From NCBI GenBank assembly GCA_963706285.1, contig CAVPLU010000013.1:96001-160000 (forward strand): a stretch of 64,000 bases of DNA, read 5' to 3'. Shown piece after piece: positions 63,286 to 64,000 of this stretch (positions are counted from its first letter, which is position 1; each line of letters begins with the position of its first letter). The stretch comes from Candidatus Bathyarchaeota archaeon (GTDB lineage Archaea; Thermoproteota; Bathyarchaeia; 40CM-2-53-6). The position numbers were made by a program, and so were the translations under genes. A model generated the notes under the pieces. It saw nothing but the letters and a program-made list of their open reading frames with translations. It did no database searches and was not told the DNA's origin.

Positions 63286-64000
63286 ATGACAGAAATGGTT
63301 GACTTCGCAATCGTACTCGTTGCCGGCGCAATTTGTGCAGCCCTCGCAGTGGGAGCTTGGAGGACTCACATCCTTGACGAAGGCGGCGCCATCAGCGCAT
63401 TTCTCATAGGCTTCGTGACTTTCGTCGTTCCTGCCGACGGCTGGAAATGGTTCGTTGTGCTCCTGGTTTTCCTTTCGGTTTCGAGCTACATGACACACTA
63501 CAAGTATCAGGCAAAACGGAAGAAAGGATTCGCACAAGAGAAAGGCGGAGCACGCGGCTGGCCGAATGTCACCGCGAACGGCGTGGTCGCTGGACTCGTG
63601 GTACTGCTCATTCCCTTCTTTCCGCGAGAAACGATAATCTTGGCTGCGTTTCTAGGCGCCGTAGCGACGGCAAACGCAGACACATTAGCGACGGAGATCG
63701 GACTCCTGAACCCAAGCGACCCGCAGATTGATCACGGACTGGAGGAGGATCGTTCCCGCTGGAACATCTGGCGGCGTCTCCCTCTTTGGCGAGCTTGCCA
63801 CGCTGCTCGGAGGCTTGGTTGTCGGTATTGTTGCTGGACTTTTGGGAATGACGGGCAATCCTGGTTGGCCCCTTGCTGTCTTGATCGGCACGACGATGAT
63901 TGCAGGCTTGGTTGGATGCTCTGTCGACAGCATCATTGGAGCCACCGTTCAGGGAATCTACAAATGCAGCATCTGCAACAAAATCACAGAGAACCGCAGA
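63286..64000 (+). CDS. DUF92 (TMEM19) membrane protein, runs off window (frameshift near 63725)
   Basis: GGARGWPNVTANG, ADTLATEIG, GTSGGVS, DSIIGATVQ. Confidence 0.85.
   Translation, partial: MTEMVDFAIVLVAGAICAALAVGAWRTHILDEGGAISAFLIGFVTFVVPADGWKWFVVLLVFLSVSSYMTHYKYQAKRKKGFAQEKGGARGWPNVTANGVVAGLVVLLIPFFPRETIILAAFLGAVATANADTLATEIGLLNPSDPQIDHGLEEDRSRWNIWRRLPLWRACHAARRLGCRYCCWTFGNDGQSWLAPCCLDRHDDDCRLGWMLCRQHHWSHRSGNLQMQHLQQNHREPQ

Noticed and set aside
674-64000. Many frameshifted genes (ttuA-like, valS, secY, rpl3, rps4e, rpl24, rnp1, tdh, pflX-like, moaE and others) as pseudogenes, recoding or further mRNA introns
   Set aside because: The breaks I examined are single extra bases in essential genes with no BHB or slippery motif, so most likely long-read assembly errors. 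Only the cbf5 20-nt insert behaves like an intron.
1-64000. CRISPR arrays, IS elements, proviral or defence islands
   Set aside because: No repeat-spacer arrays, transposases or integrases seen; only hicBA.

Overview
Core-genome segment of an archaeon of the TACK group. Bathyarchaeia-like is an inference from gene content: DUF1512, L14e/L34e, single-OB SSB, intron-bearing cbf5 and many TTG/GTG starts. It is dominated by translation genes: pelota, aRF1, Tyr/Phe/Trp/Val-tRNA ligases, Map, an eroded S10-spc ribosomal cluster with secY, cbf5, archease and TBP. It also holds SRP RNA, a stand-alone 5S rRNA and three tRNAs. More than a dozen genes are broken by single-base insertions that look like assembly errors. 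The most striking signal is heavy bulge-helix-bulge (BHB) RNA splicing, read by hand from the sequence. tRNA-Trp(CCA) has five predicted introns (10/11, 28/29, 37/38, 45/46, 59/60), tRNA-Ser(TGA) three (8/9, 21/22, 37/38) and tRNA-Ser(GGA) two. There is a 20-nt mRNA intron in cbf5 and a BHB-flanked H/ACA-like RNA between pheT and tyrS. In two tRNAs the first intron needs acceptor-stem bases for its BHB helix. Both carry a 5' leader that copies the acceptor 5' strand and can pair with the 3' acceptor/CCA end, a candidate 'decoy leader' folding switch. An internally deleted archaeal-type SAM synthetase gene also lies near an intact bacterial-type metK.
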